64,000 nt of DNA, taken from the NCBI GenBank assembly GCA_963841915.1, contig CAWJEN010000005.1, positions 1,120,001 through 1,184,000 of the forward strand, in the 5' to 3' direction. The notes beneath the pieces are model-generated. The model was not told the DNA's origin. It saw nothing but the letters and a program-made list of their open reading frames with translations, and searched no databases. This stretch comes from an uncultured Planctomycetota bacterium (lineage in GTDB: Bacteria > Planctomycetota > Phycisphaerae > Tepidisphaerales > Tepidisphaeraceae). Below, piece by piece: positions 36,530 through 45,557 of this stretch. Positions within the stretch are counted from its first letter, which is position 1. Every line of letters begins with the position of its first letter. Made by a program: the position numbers and the translations under genes.

Positions 36530-37683
36530 AATACCTGCTGATCACAACGCTCCTGCTGTCGTCGCTTTCGGTTAGCGGGCAAACCGAGTTCGAGGTATTC
36601 ACCTCGGCTGACGGTGGTCTCCATGTCGTCACCGGCACATTGGAAACGCTTGTTCTCGACGCTGAAGCATCGACGGCCACACTCGACCTTGCCGCGATAA
36701 ACAGCGACCTGGTGATGCTGCAACGCGTCGGTGGCGAGCCGGTTGTTGCCGACGCTGCAATCGTGCACCGGCTCATGACGCGGAACGGCGAGTCGATGTC
36801 GGGCCGCCTTCTGGGCTCGAATGGCGAGACGCTGCGGTTCCAGGACGCGCTGTACCTCGACGTCGTGGTCGTTCCGCTTGATGAAGTCGTGGCCGTAACG
36901 GCGATGGATAGGCAGGTGCCACATGGGCCGCGGCCGTCTTCGGACGAAGCAATTTTATCCAACGGCGATCGTGTGACCGGCTTCTTTCTGGAAGCCGTCG
37001 AAGATGCCGTTGTCTTCGAGAGCGATGCCGGAACCGAGGTTCGCGTGCCGATAGACGCGTTGACATCGCTCCGTCTGGCCGATGTCGGTTCGCCGGAGAT
37101 TCAGCAATCTGCCGATGCAACGCCCAATGCACGCGTTCGGCTCGTTGGCGGGGTGACGCTGCTGGTGAAGTCGCTGCGGGTGAGTGGCGACCAGATGAGC
37201 TTCGTTCGGGGCACGACGTCTTACACTAAACCGGCCTCAGCCCTGCTCGCCGCCGAGCCTATCGATGCGGGCGTGACCTGGATGGCTGATCTGGCACCAA
37301 CGGAGGCGACGCATCAACCCTATTTGTCGGCCTTTTCGCCGCCTCACCTTGTCGGCGGATTGACCGCATCCGGGCAGTCGCGGTCGATTGTGGTGCGTCC
37401 GCGTGGTAGCGTTGCGTTTGAAGTCCCTGCCGGAGACGTCGAACGACTGGTCATGCGTGTGCGGATCGAAAACGAGACGGCAAGGTTGGCCAACGCAGAC
37501 GTTCGCGTGCTTGTAGACGGCACGGTGGCATTTGAGCGGCTTTCGCTCGCTGCCGCGGACGGCACCATCGACGTCGCGGCGGATGTGAAGCCCGGGCAGA
37601 CCGTCACCCTCGCCGTCGACTACGGGCAGAACCTCGACGTCGAAGACGCGGTGGTGTTTATTCGGCCGGCCTTCCTGCCGTGA
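36526..37683 (+). CDS. Secreted protein with a probable C-terminal NPCBM/NEW2-like domain
   Basis: TTG start overlapping the upstream TGA; signal peptide; L.NGD.V.G-type repeats; C-terminal VRVLVDG..LAVDYGQNLDVEDAVVF. Confidence 0.65.
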   Translation: MKYLLITTLLLSSLSVSGQTEFEVFTSADGGLHVVTGTLETLVLDAEASTATLDLAAINSDLVMLQRVGGEPVVADAAIVHRLMTRNGESMSGRLLGSNGETLRFQDALYLDVVVVPLDEVVAVTAMDRQVPHGPRPSSDEAILSNGDRVTGFFLEAVEDAVVFESDAGTEVRVPIDALTSLRLADVGSPEIQQSADATPNARVRLVGGVTLLVKSLRVSGDQMSFVRGTTSYTKPASALLAAEPIDAGVTWMADLAPTEATHQPYLSAFSPPHLVGGLTASGQSRSIVVRPRGSVAFEVPAGDVERLVMRVRIENETARLANADVRVLVDGTVAFERLSLAAADGTIDVAADVKPGQTVTLAVDYGQNLDVEDAVVFIRPAFLP

Positions 37684-37687
37684 GAGG

Positions 37688-38155
37688 TCAGGCCCTGTTG
37701 AGGCCCGGCAGATTGCCGCGGAGCATCAGGTCGAGGACGCCGAGAAGTTGATCAGGATCGCAAGGCTTCTCGAGCAAAGGCGGTAGTTCTTCGACCTTCG
37801 ACTCCCGCATGAGCGACTGGATCTCTGCCGCAGACAGACCGGTCAGCAGCACCAGTGGCAGGCTCTTGCGATGCTCTTGGATGTATTCGAGAGCAACGAA
37901 GCCGTCTGAGCCGGTCATGTGCAAGTCGAGCACGAGGGCGTCGATGCGGGTCTCCTTAAGCCGCTGTACGGCCATTTTGCCGTCGTTGGCGAGTTCAACG
38001 CGGTAACCGCTGAGCTTAAGGATCTGGCCGAGCGCGTGCCTGGCACCGGCATCGTCATCGGCGACGAGAACAGTCCGCGGCGGCGGAGACCCTGAGCTGT
38101 CGATTGAATCGGCCGACGCCGTTTCAGCCTCATCGGTAACTAAACGCATCGGCAT
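37688..38155 (-). CDS. Single-domain response regulator (receiver)
   Basis: VLVADDD, VLDLHM (phospho-Asp), LLTG, LEKP; start uncertain. Confidence 0.88.
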   Translation of the reverse strand: MPMRLVTDEAETASADSIDSSGSPPPRTVLVADDDAGARHALGQILKLSGYRVELANDGKMAVQRLKETRIDALVLDLHMTGSDGFVALEYIQEHRKSLPLVLLTGLSAAEIQSLMRESKVEELPPLLEKPCDPDQLLGVLDLMLRGNLPGLNRA

Positions 38156-38246
38156 GCACCAGGACAATACCCAGATTCCGCACAATCTGTCACCGTCCGT
38201 TCCCTCCGCGACGCCGACGAGCCTGCCGAGGCCCTAAGACTAAGTC

Positions 38247-40733
38247 ATGAGTCGCCCGTCCGATGCAGTTGACAGCCACGAAATGGTCCGTGAGCAAATC
38301 CTTCAAGCGGTTAAGGGCGAGGGGTATGTACCCTTGCGCCCACGCCAGCTCGCCCGGGCCATTGCGGCCGTTGAGGGTGAACCTGACGACGGTATCGCTG
38401 ACTACGGCACGTTCCGCGGTGCGCTCAAGGATCTCATGGCCGATGGCGACGTCGTCCTGGGCAGCGGTGGAAGCGTCCTCGTGCCGGCAAGCCGCGTCGG
38501 TGACAACGAACTCATCGGATCGTACCGCGCCAACCCAAAAGGGTTCGGGTTTGTCATTCCTCAGGAGCAGGGCAGCCACGAGGATCTCTTCATCCCGCCG
38601 GGCAAGAACAACGGGGCCATGACGGGCGACGTCGTGCGGAGCAAGATCATTCCGGCCGGTATGCGGGACGGCAAGAAGATGTTCGAGGGCCGCGTGCTCG
38701 AGGTCATCGAGCGTCAGAACACGCAAATCGTCGGCACCGTCGGCAAGATGGAGGGCAAATGGTTTGTCTTCTCCGACGGCAAAAAAGGCCCTGAGCCGAT
38801 CCACATCCCCGATGCCGGCAGCAAGTATGTCCAGCCGGGGCAAAAAGTCATCGTCGAGCTGACCCAGTTCGGTGGCGACCGCGTCGCGCCGCAGGGTGTC
38901 ATCACGAAGGTGCTGGGCGATCCGTCGGATAAAGACGTCGATCTGCAGAGCGCCATCGTGCAGTTTGGCCTCCCGGGCGAGTTCCCCGACCAGGTCGTCG
39001 ACGAGGCGGCCAAGGTCTCACGCGAGTTCAAGCCCGAGGCCGAGATCGCCAAGCGGGTCGACATGACCGGCGAGCTCATCTGCACGATCGACCCTGACGA
39101 CGCCAAGGACTACGACGATGCCATCAGCCTCAGCCGCACCGAGGACGGCCTCTACAAGCTGGGCGTTCACATTGCCGATGTAAGCTACTTCGTCAAAACC
39201 GGCTCCATCCTCGACGAAGAAGCGTACAAACGTGGCAACAGCACCTACTTCCCGGGCCATGTCATCCCGATGCTGCCCGAAGTGCTCAGCAACGGCGTCT
39301 GCTCGCTCGTCGAGGCCCAACCGCGGCTGGTCAAGAGCGCCTTCATCTGGCTCGACCCGCGTAACGGCCGCCCCGTGCGAACCGCCTTCAGCAACTCTGT
39401 CATCAACTCTTTCAAGCGGCTTCGCTACGAAGAGGCCCAGGACCTTATCGACGGCAAGGAAGAGATCACGCACCCCGAGGGCACCCGCAAGAGAAGCGAC
39501 TACGACCCCAAGCTGCTCGACCAGTTACGCGACATGAACGAGCTGGCCCGCGCAATGCAGAAGCGTCGCAAGGCGGACGGCCAGATCAACCTGAGCATCC
39601 CGAGCGTCGACCTGAAGCTCGACGACGCCGGAAAGGTCATCGGGGCCGAGCCGGAGGACGATTCGTTCACGCACACGCTCATCGAGATGTTCATGGTCGA
39701 GGCCAACGAGGCCGTGGCGCGGCTGTTCAGCGGCATGGGTGTACCGCACATTCGGCGAATCCACCCCGGTCCCGACGGTGACGGTGAGGAACGGCTCAAG
39801 CACTTTGCGATGAGTGCCGGCCACAACATTCCGGAACTGATGGACCGCCATGCCATCCAGGCGTTGCTCGCCAGTGTCAAGGGCACGCCCGAGGAGTTCG
39901 CGGTGAACCTTGCCGTCTTGCGCAGCATCAGCCAGGCGAAGTACTCGCCGAAGATGATGGGCCACTTCGCCCTGGCCAGCGACCACTACAGCCACTTCAC
40001 GAGCCCAATTCGACGTTACGCCGACCTGATGATTCACCGGCTGCTCGACCGCTACTTCGAGGTCATGCGTGCCGACTTTGCCCACGAGGGGCCGCTGCGT
40101 CCACCGGCGAGCGACGAGAAGGAAGCCGTTGGCAAGGCTATGAGCGACATGCCTTCGGCAGAGGAACTCGAAGATATTGGCAGTTTCATTAGCTACACCG
40201 AGCGTCGCAGCGAGTCGGCAGAGCGCGAGCTGCGTGCCGTCAAGGTGCTGCAATTGCTCGCCGACGAGCACGTCGGTGAGGAGTTCAAGGGCGTCGTCAC
40301 TGGCATCACGAATTTCGGCCTCTTTATCCAGATCGAGACGTATCTGGCCGAGGGCCTTGTGCGGTATCCGGACCTGCTCGACGACTGGTGGGACGTTGAT
40401 GCCAAGGCGGGCGTTATCCGCGGGCAAAAGGACGGCACGGTCATTCGCATCGGCGACGTCGTCAAGACGCAGATCGTTCGCGTTGACGTGCCCAAGCGAG
40501 AGCTCGACATGGTCGTGCTGAGCGTCCTGACCCGTGGCAAGGGTGGGACGGGCAAGGTCAAGGCCCAGGAGAAAGCCGACGCCGCCAAGGCCAAGCCGAC
40601 GGCCAAGTTCGGCGACGTCGCCGGTGGGCTCGAGTCGAAGAAGGCAAGAACCGGCGGTGACAAACGGGCCGCCCGCAGCCAACGTAGAGACTCCCGCGGC
40701 AAGCATCGCGGCAAGCTCGACAACAAGAAATAA
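38247..40733 (+). CDS. rnr: Ribonuclease R
   Basis: KGFGFV cold-shock domain, TIDPDDAKDYDDA, VHIADVS, HFTSPIRRYADL, S1 domain, basic tail. Confidence 0.96.
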   Translation: MSRPSDAVDSHEMVREQILQAVKGEGYVPLRPRQLARAIAAVEGEPDDGIADYGTFRGALKDLMADGDVVLGSGGSVLVPASRVGDNELIGSYRANPKGFGFVIPQEQGSHEDLFIPPGKNNGAMTGDVVRSKIIPAGMRDGKKMFEGRVLEVIERQNTQIVGTVGKMEGKWFVFSDGKKGPEPIHIPDAGSKYVQPGQKVIVELTQFGGDRVAPQGVITKVLGDPSDKDVDLQSAIVQFGLPGEFPDQVVDEAAKVSREFKPEAEIAKRVDMTGELICTIDPDDAKDYDDAISLSRTEDGLYKLGVHIADVSYFVKTGSILDEEAYKRGNSTYFPGHVIPMLPEVLSNGVCSLVEAQPRLVKSAFIWLDPRNGRPVRTAFSNSVINSFKRLRYEEAQDLIDGKEEITHPEGTRKRSDYDPKLLDQLRDMNELARAMQKRRKADGQINLSIPSVDLKLDDAGKVIGAEPEDDSFTHTLIEMFMVEANEAVARLFSGMGVPHIRRIHPGPDGDGEERLKHFAMSAGHNIPELMDRHAIQALLASVKGTPEEFAVNLAVLRSISQAKYSPKMMGHFALASDHYSHFTSPIRRYADLMIHRLLDRYFEVMRADFAHEGPLRPPASDEKEAVGKAMSDMPSAEELEDIGSFISYTERRSESAERELRAVKVLQLLADEHVGEEFKGVVTGITNFGLFIQIETYLAEGLVRYPDLLDDWWDVDAKAGVIRGQKDGTVIRIGDVVKTQIVRVDVPKRELDMVVLSVLTRGKGGTGKVKAQEKADAAKAKPTAKFGDVAGGLESKKARTGGDKRAARSQRRDSRGKHRGKLDNKK

Positions 40734-40751
40734 GCTTGGCCGCGCCGACCT

Positions 40752-41282
40752 CTATTCGGCGGTCACACGCGGTGGTTTGGGGTCGCGGGCGCCCTGCGTG
40801 CTGAACGTCTTGAGATAGCTGACCCACATCGCACTCAGGCCGTGCTCGAAAGCACCGGTCACCAGCAGGTCGAGGTAATTCTGTGTCGGCGGGATGTGGA
40901 AAGCTTCCTGCTGGACGCCTTGGTACGTCATTGCCTTCATTGTCGGGCCGCGACCGAGCGGGCGGACGACGACGTTGATCTTCTTGTAGACGCCGGTCTC
41001 CGTGCCGCCGTCTTCGACGTGGCGGCGGACCTTGGCGTCGAGCGTCTCCCAGTCGCTCTCGCCGAGCTCGAACACCGCGCCGCTGACGCTTTTACCCGGC
41101 TCGGGAACGATGTCAGCCGTCCCGCCGCCCCAGTATTCGCTGAAGACCGGGAACGCAAGCCGGTAGTTATCGAGGATGGCCGGCCGTCCCCCTCGCAAGG
41201 CTGGCGGCTTGTGCCCGTAGTGCCTGGCCCAGTCGGCGACACTTCGGTAATTGAGGTTGGAGCCGTAGGCGAAGTAAAGCAT
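40752..41282 (-). CDS. Gamma-glutamylcyclotransferase family protein
   Basis: MLYFAYGSNL, VSGAVFEL, PPTQNYL..GAFEHGL. Confidence 0.85.
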   Translation of the reverse strand: MLYFAYGSNLNYRSVADWARHYGHKPPALRGGRPAILDNYRLAFPVFSEYWGGGTADIVPEPGKSVSGAVFELGESDWETLDAKVRRHVEDGGTETGVYKKINVVVRPLGRGPTMKAMTYQGVQQEAFHIPPTQNYLDLLVTGAFEHGLSAMWVSYLKTFSTQGARDPKPPRVTAE

Positions 41283-41500
41283 AAAGGACGCGGCGGCTGG
41301 GTTCAGCAGGTGGTGGATCCGCAACCGTCCTACGCCCTTACGACGCAGACGTTCGAAGTTGCTGCGGAACATAGGTAAGGGGCAGACGGACTAGCCATCC
41401 GACCTTCAGGAAACATGCCGCTCACGACGCTCTTGACGCAGCTTTTAGTGTAAGGCGTTGCTGCTTGGTTGCCTTTGCGCGGAGTGGCGACGATAACGCC

Positions 41501-43051
41501 ATGGACGCCACCACCACGCAGTTGCTGTCGGATCTGGGCCTGTCGAAACCGCAGGCGGTGCAGATCGGCGACCGTTCGGCATCCGGGTCCGGTGCGACGC
41601 TCACCGTGACCACGCCGATCGATGGCAGCACGATCGCAACCCTGCCCCAGGCGACGCCAGACGACATGAATGCAGCGGGCAAGGCAGCTCATGAAGCCTT
41701 TCTAGTCTGGCGGACGGTGCCTGCCCCGGCACGCGGAGAGTTTGTGCGGCGGATCGGCAACAAGCTCCGCGAGCACAAAAAGACGCTCGGTCAACTCGTC
41801 ACGCTCGAGGCCGGCAAAATCGTCGCCGAGGCCGAGGGTGAGGTGCAGGAGATGATCGACATCTGCGACTTTGCAGTAGGCCAAAGCCGCATGCTCTACG
41901 GCAAGACCATCGTCACCGAGCGGTTCGAGCACCGCATGATGGAGCAGTACCACCCGATCGGCCCAATCGGCGTGATCAGTGCGTTCAACTTCCCCGTCGC
42001 CGTCTGGGCATGGAACGCGATGCTCGCCTTCGTCTGCGGCGACCCGGTCGTGTGGAAGCCCAGTGAGAAGACGCCGCTGTGCGGCCTTGCGTGCGGAAAG
42101 ATCGTGCAGGACGTGATTGCCGAGTCGGCTGACCTGAAAGTGCCACCGGCAGTCAGCTCTGTCATTGTCGGTGGCAGAGACGTCGGTGAAGCCATGGCAG
42201 CCAGCGAGCTGTTCCCGCTTGTCAGTGCTACCGGCAGCACCCGCATGGGAAAGGCGGTCAATCAAGTCGTTGCCGCAAGGCTCGGCAGGTGTCTGCTCGA
42301 GCTCGGTGGGAACAACGCGATGATCGTCACGCCGACCGCCGACTTGGACTTGTGCGTAAGGGCCATCACCTTCAGCGCCTTCGGCACAGCTGGCCAACGG
42401 TGCACGACGATGCGCCGTCTGATCGTGCACGAGTCGATCAAGGACGAACTCCTCGGCCGCCTCAAGCCGATCATGCGGCAACTCAACATCGGTGACCCGC
42501 GCGACGGCAAGACGCTCATGGGCCCGCTTATTGACGAAGCCGCCTATGACGCGATGAAGGCGACGCTTAGCGAGGTGCCCAACGTCATCGGGGGCGGTCG
42601 ATTCACGGACGGTACGCCCGACGGCGGGTTCTACGTGGAACCCGCCATTGTCGAAGCCACGCCCGATGCCGCCTATGTCCAGCGGGAGACGTTCGCGCCG
42701 ATCCTCTACGTCATGCCTTATAGCACGCTTGGCGAGGCGCTGCTGATGCACAACGACGTGCCGCAAGGGTTGTCCAGCGCCATCTTTACCGGCGACATCC
42801 GCGAGGCTGAACGCTTCGTGTCGCCAACCGGTAGCGACTGCGGCATCGCCAATGTCAACATCGGCACGAGCGGTGCCGAGATCGGCGGCGCGTTCGGCGG
42901 TGAGAAAGAGACCGGAGGCGGTCGCGAGTCGGGCTCCGACGCCTGGAAGGCTTACATGCGTCGCACCACCAACACCATCAACTACGGCAGCGACCTGCCG
43001 CTGGCCCAAGGCATCGACTTCGGCATTGCGGGCAGCGAAGTGGTCGAGTGA
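41501..43051 (+). CDS. Aldehyde dehydrogenase, ALDH7 (piperideine-6-carboxylate / aminoadipate-semialdehyde dehydrogenase-like)
   Basis: GEVQEMIDICDFAVG, SAFNFPVAVW, LELGGNNA, GTAGQRCTT, FGGEKETGGGRESGSDAWK. Confidence 0.93.
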   Translation: MDATTTQLLSDLGLSKPQAVQIGDRSASGSGATLTVTTPIDGSTIATLPQATPDDMNAAGKAAHEAFLVWRTVPAPARGEFVRRIGNKLREHKKTLGQLVTLEAGKIVAEAEGEVQEMIDICDFAVGQSRMLYGKTIVTERFEHRMMEQYHPIGPIGVISAFNFPVAVWAWNAMLAFVCGDPVVWKPSEKTPLCGLACGKIVQDVIAESADLKVPPAVSSVIVGGRDVGEAMAASELFPLVSATGSTRMGKAVNQVVAARLGRCLLELGGNNAMIVTPTADLDLCVRAITFSAFGTAGQRCTTMRRLIVHESIKDELLGRLKPIMRQLNIGDPRDGKTLMGPLIDEAAYDAMKATLSEVPNVIGGGRFTDGTPDGGFYVEPAIVEATPDAAYVQRETFAPILYVMPYSTLGEALLMHNDVPQGLSSAIFTGDIREAERFVSPTGSDCGIANVNIGTSGAEIGGAFGGEKETGGGRESGSDAWKAYMRRTTNTINYGSDLPLAQGIDFGIAGSEVVE

Positions 43052-43095
43052 TACGGCCTTGCGTCCTCATGCGTGCGTCCCGTACGTTGAACGCC

Positions 43096-44142
43096 ATGTG
43101 TCTCAAAGCTGTCTCAACGTCGCTCGCCCTCGCCGCATGTCTGCTCGTCGGTTGCGGTGACGAATCGGTGACGGCTCAGGACGGCGGGCCGGGAGCTGCC
43201 ACGGGATCGGCCGGTGCATCCGTCGGGCTCGGCGAATGGATCGACGCGGGCGATGGCATCAAGGTCGCGATTCTCGGGGTCAAGGTGGCCGACGAGACGG
43301 GCGGCATGATGTTGAAGGACGACGACCGGGCAGTCGCCATTGAGTACGTGCTTGTCAACACCGGCGATAGCGAGGCGCTCGCCGGCCGGAAGCCGCTCAA
43401 GCTACTGGCAGGTGGTGAGCAGTTCGGTGACGGCATGCGGTCGGCCGCGGCGGGCGCAAAGTTCGAGGGGCTGCCGTTCGCACGCATGGTTGATCGGCTG
43501 CCAGCCGGACACGTGATTCGCGGGTGGAAGACCTTTGCCGCTCCGATCGAGCAGGACGCTGAGCTTGCCGTGCTGGTTGGCCGCAACGGCAACCCGGTCT
43601 CCGACCTCCAAGAGGGCGACATTGCTGCCAGCGTCGCCCTGCGTAACGGCGACGCTGCGGAAGCGCCCTCAATCGAGGTCGAGCCCTCTGCCCCACTGGC
43701 CGTCGGCGACACCATCGAAGGTGGCGCTGTGAACTGGACGTTCCACGGGATTAGAGAAGCGGAAACAAGCTCGGAGCTGCCCGAGGGCCGCGTCGCCTAC
43801 ACAATCGAGATGTCGGTGGTCAACAACACCGATGCCGAAATCGATGCCGGCAACGCCACCTTAGACAGCTTCATCTATCTCACTGATGGCAAAGGCAACG
43901 CCTCGACCGCGGACGCCATCTCGTTCATGCTCGAGGACTATCAGGAGCCCGAGGGCAGCAGCATGTTCGCTGGCTGGAAGGAGAAACTTGCCCCCGGCGA
44001 AGAGTCTCGCGGCTTGATGCTTGTGACCATCTCGGCTGACCACGGCGACCTCGTCCTCGTGGCCAGCACGGCTCAGGGCTACAAGATGAGCAACTTCCAG
44101 GCCGTCGCGGCATCACCCATCGGCGTGTTCAAGACGAAGTAG
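43096..44142 (+). CDS. Lipoprotein with two Ig-like (DUF4352-like) domains
   Basis: Lipobox LVGC; two similar units V.N.(G/T)D ... L(P/A)(A/P)G...RG. Confidence 0.6.
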   Translation: MCLKAVSTSLALAACLLVGCGDESVTAQDGGPGAATGSAGASVGLGEWIDAGDGIKVAILGVKVADETGGMMLKDDDRAVAIEYVLVNTGDSEALAGRKPLKLLAGGEQFGDGMRSAAAGAKFEGLPFARMVDRLPAGHVIRGWKTFAAPIEQDAELAVLVGRNGNPVSDLQEGDIAASVALRNGDAAEAPSIEVEPSAPLAVGDTIEGGAVNWTFHGIREAETSSELPEGRVAYTIEMSVVNNTDAEIDAGNATLDSFIYLTDGKGNASTADAISFMLEDYQEPEGSSMFAGWKEKLAPGEESRGLMLVTISADHGDLVLVASTAQGYKMSNFQAVAASPIGVFKTK

Positions 44143-44147
44143 TCGCA

Positions 44148-44161
44148 GTTCCACGTGGAAC
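44148..44161. promoter_or_regulatory. parS: parS site (14-bp core)
   Basis: GTTCCACGTGGAAC filling the 20-bp gap between two convergent stop codons. Confidence 0.8.
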
Positions 44162-44162
44162 C

Positions 44163-45020
44163 TCAACCGCACAAGCGGTCGAGCAGGAACGTTTTGGCCC
44201 TACCGACATCGACCGCCATCGCCACGCGGTGTGGGCCTGACGGGTCCGGCTCCAGCGTCGTGCGGCCGTAGCGCTCGTCCTGGCGCGTGTCGACAGTGAC
44301 AAGGCCGGTCTCCCACTCGAAGAACTCGGGGTGCAGCATCGCCACGACTGTCATCGGGTCGAACATGTTCATGTGGTTCGGCACCCGCTGGCGGAACTCG
44401 GTCAGCCACCGCACCACCAGGGCGATGAGCGGATCTGTCGCCGCGCTCTCCGTCAGCCGATCGACGTCTTTCGGCAGCAGTTTCGTGTCGAGCCCGATCG
44501 ACAGCGGAATGACGTCCATCGGGATGCCGCTGGCGTAGCAGTGGTGGGCGGCTTCGACGTCGCAGCGGATGTTGTGCTCGACCATGTCGGCTCTGCGGAA
44601 CTCGCCCCCCATCGTCAGGTGACGCATGGCGGCAATCGGCTCGAAGTCGAGTGTCAGCGACAACGCCAGATTCGTCATCGGCCCGATCGACAACGCGACG
44701 TCGGCTTTGCTGGTGAAGGTGGTCGGGCGGCCTGCGTCGATGTCGGGCTCGTCGTCGCCGTAGAGGTAGCGTTGGCCGATCTGGTCGCCGCGCGGCTTGA
44801 GCAGGAGCGTGCGGTCAGCGCCGATGTTGGTGGTGACGTCGTCGCGGCGGGAGGCCTTGAGCATCGCGTTGACGCACCGCATCCGCCGACGCGTGTCGCC
44901 GTAGCAAGTCAGCACGCTCAGGTCGGCGATTTCCGGTGAGCGGAGCAGCAGCGCCAGGCAAAAGGCGTCATCAATGTCGTCGCCGATGTCGGTGTCGAGC
45001 AGCACGTGCGGGCGGTCCAT
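44163..45020 (-). CDS. Nucleoside hydrolase (IU-NH family)
   Basis: DTDIGDDIDD, IGPMTNLA, MGG, EHNIRCD, MFDP. Confidence 0.9.
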   Translation of the reverse strand: MDRPHVLLDTDIGDDIDDAFCLALLLRSPEIADLSVLTCYGDTRRRMRCVNAMLKASRRDDVTTNIGADRTLLLKPRGDQIGQRYLYGDDEPDIDAGRPTTFTSKADVALSIGPMTNLALSLTLDFEPIAAMRHLTMGGEFRRADMVEHNIRCDVEAAHHCYASGIPMDVIPLSIGLDTKLLPKDVDRLTESAATDPLIALVVRWLTEFRQRVPNHMNMFDPMTVVAMLHPEFFEWETGLVTVDTRQDERYGRTTLEPDPSGPHRVAMAVDVGRAKTFLLDRLCG

Positions 45021-45093
45021 GGGTTTATTGTTGGCAGCCGAGCGCTGCGCGGCGGCGGCCAATTGCGGTCGTGGCGGTGGCGGCGGGGCAGAA

Positions 45094-45109
45094 TGTTCCA
45101 CGTGGAACA
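45094..45109. promoter_or_regulatory. parS: parS centromere-like site
   Basis: TGTTCCACGTGGAACA. Confidence 0.9.
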
Positions 45110-45168
45110 TCGCCACCCCTGGCGGCGGGCTCTGGCGAAGGATTTAGACGCGCAGCCGACCCGGCGAA

Positions 45169-45184
45169 TGTTCCACGTGGAACA
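45169..45184. promoter_or_regulatory. parS: parS centromere-like site
   Basis: TGTTCCACGTGGAACA, 75 bp from the previous copy. Confidence 0.9.
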
Positions 45185-45557
45185 ATTTCGGTGCATCAAG
45201 TGCGATGGCGGGTCGTCGTTGCTTGCTGGTCGTTGCGTCCGCCGTCGAACTTGTAGCGCAGACGTGCTGCGTGAGGTGTTGTGCATGGTCGGGTCGATTA
45301 CGACCGCCCACGTCGTGCGCCGCGGCGGCCGCGGCGGCGGATTATGCGACGCCCGCGTTATCGGCGTCACCGACGCGACGTTCTGTGAAGCTGGGGAATT
45401 GGCAGGGACTGGTGCGTATTCGACATCAGGCGGTGCGACATGCCATGTGGCTGCTCGCTGCCCGCCTTGCCGGGCTTCTCGCCGGAAACGAATCCGGTGC
45501 TCCGCCGACGGTGGCCTCAGTGGCTACGTCAACCGCCCGATACAAGGAAGTTCCGCT

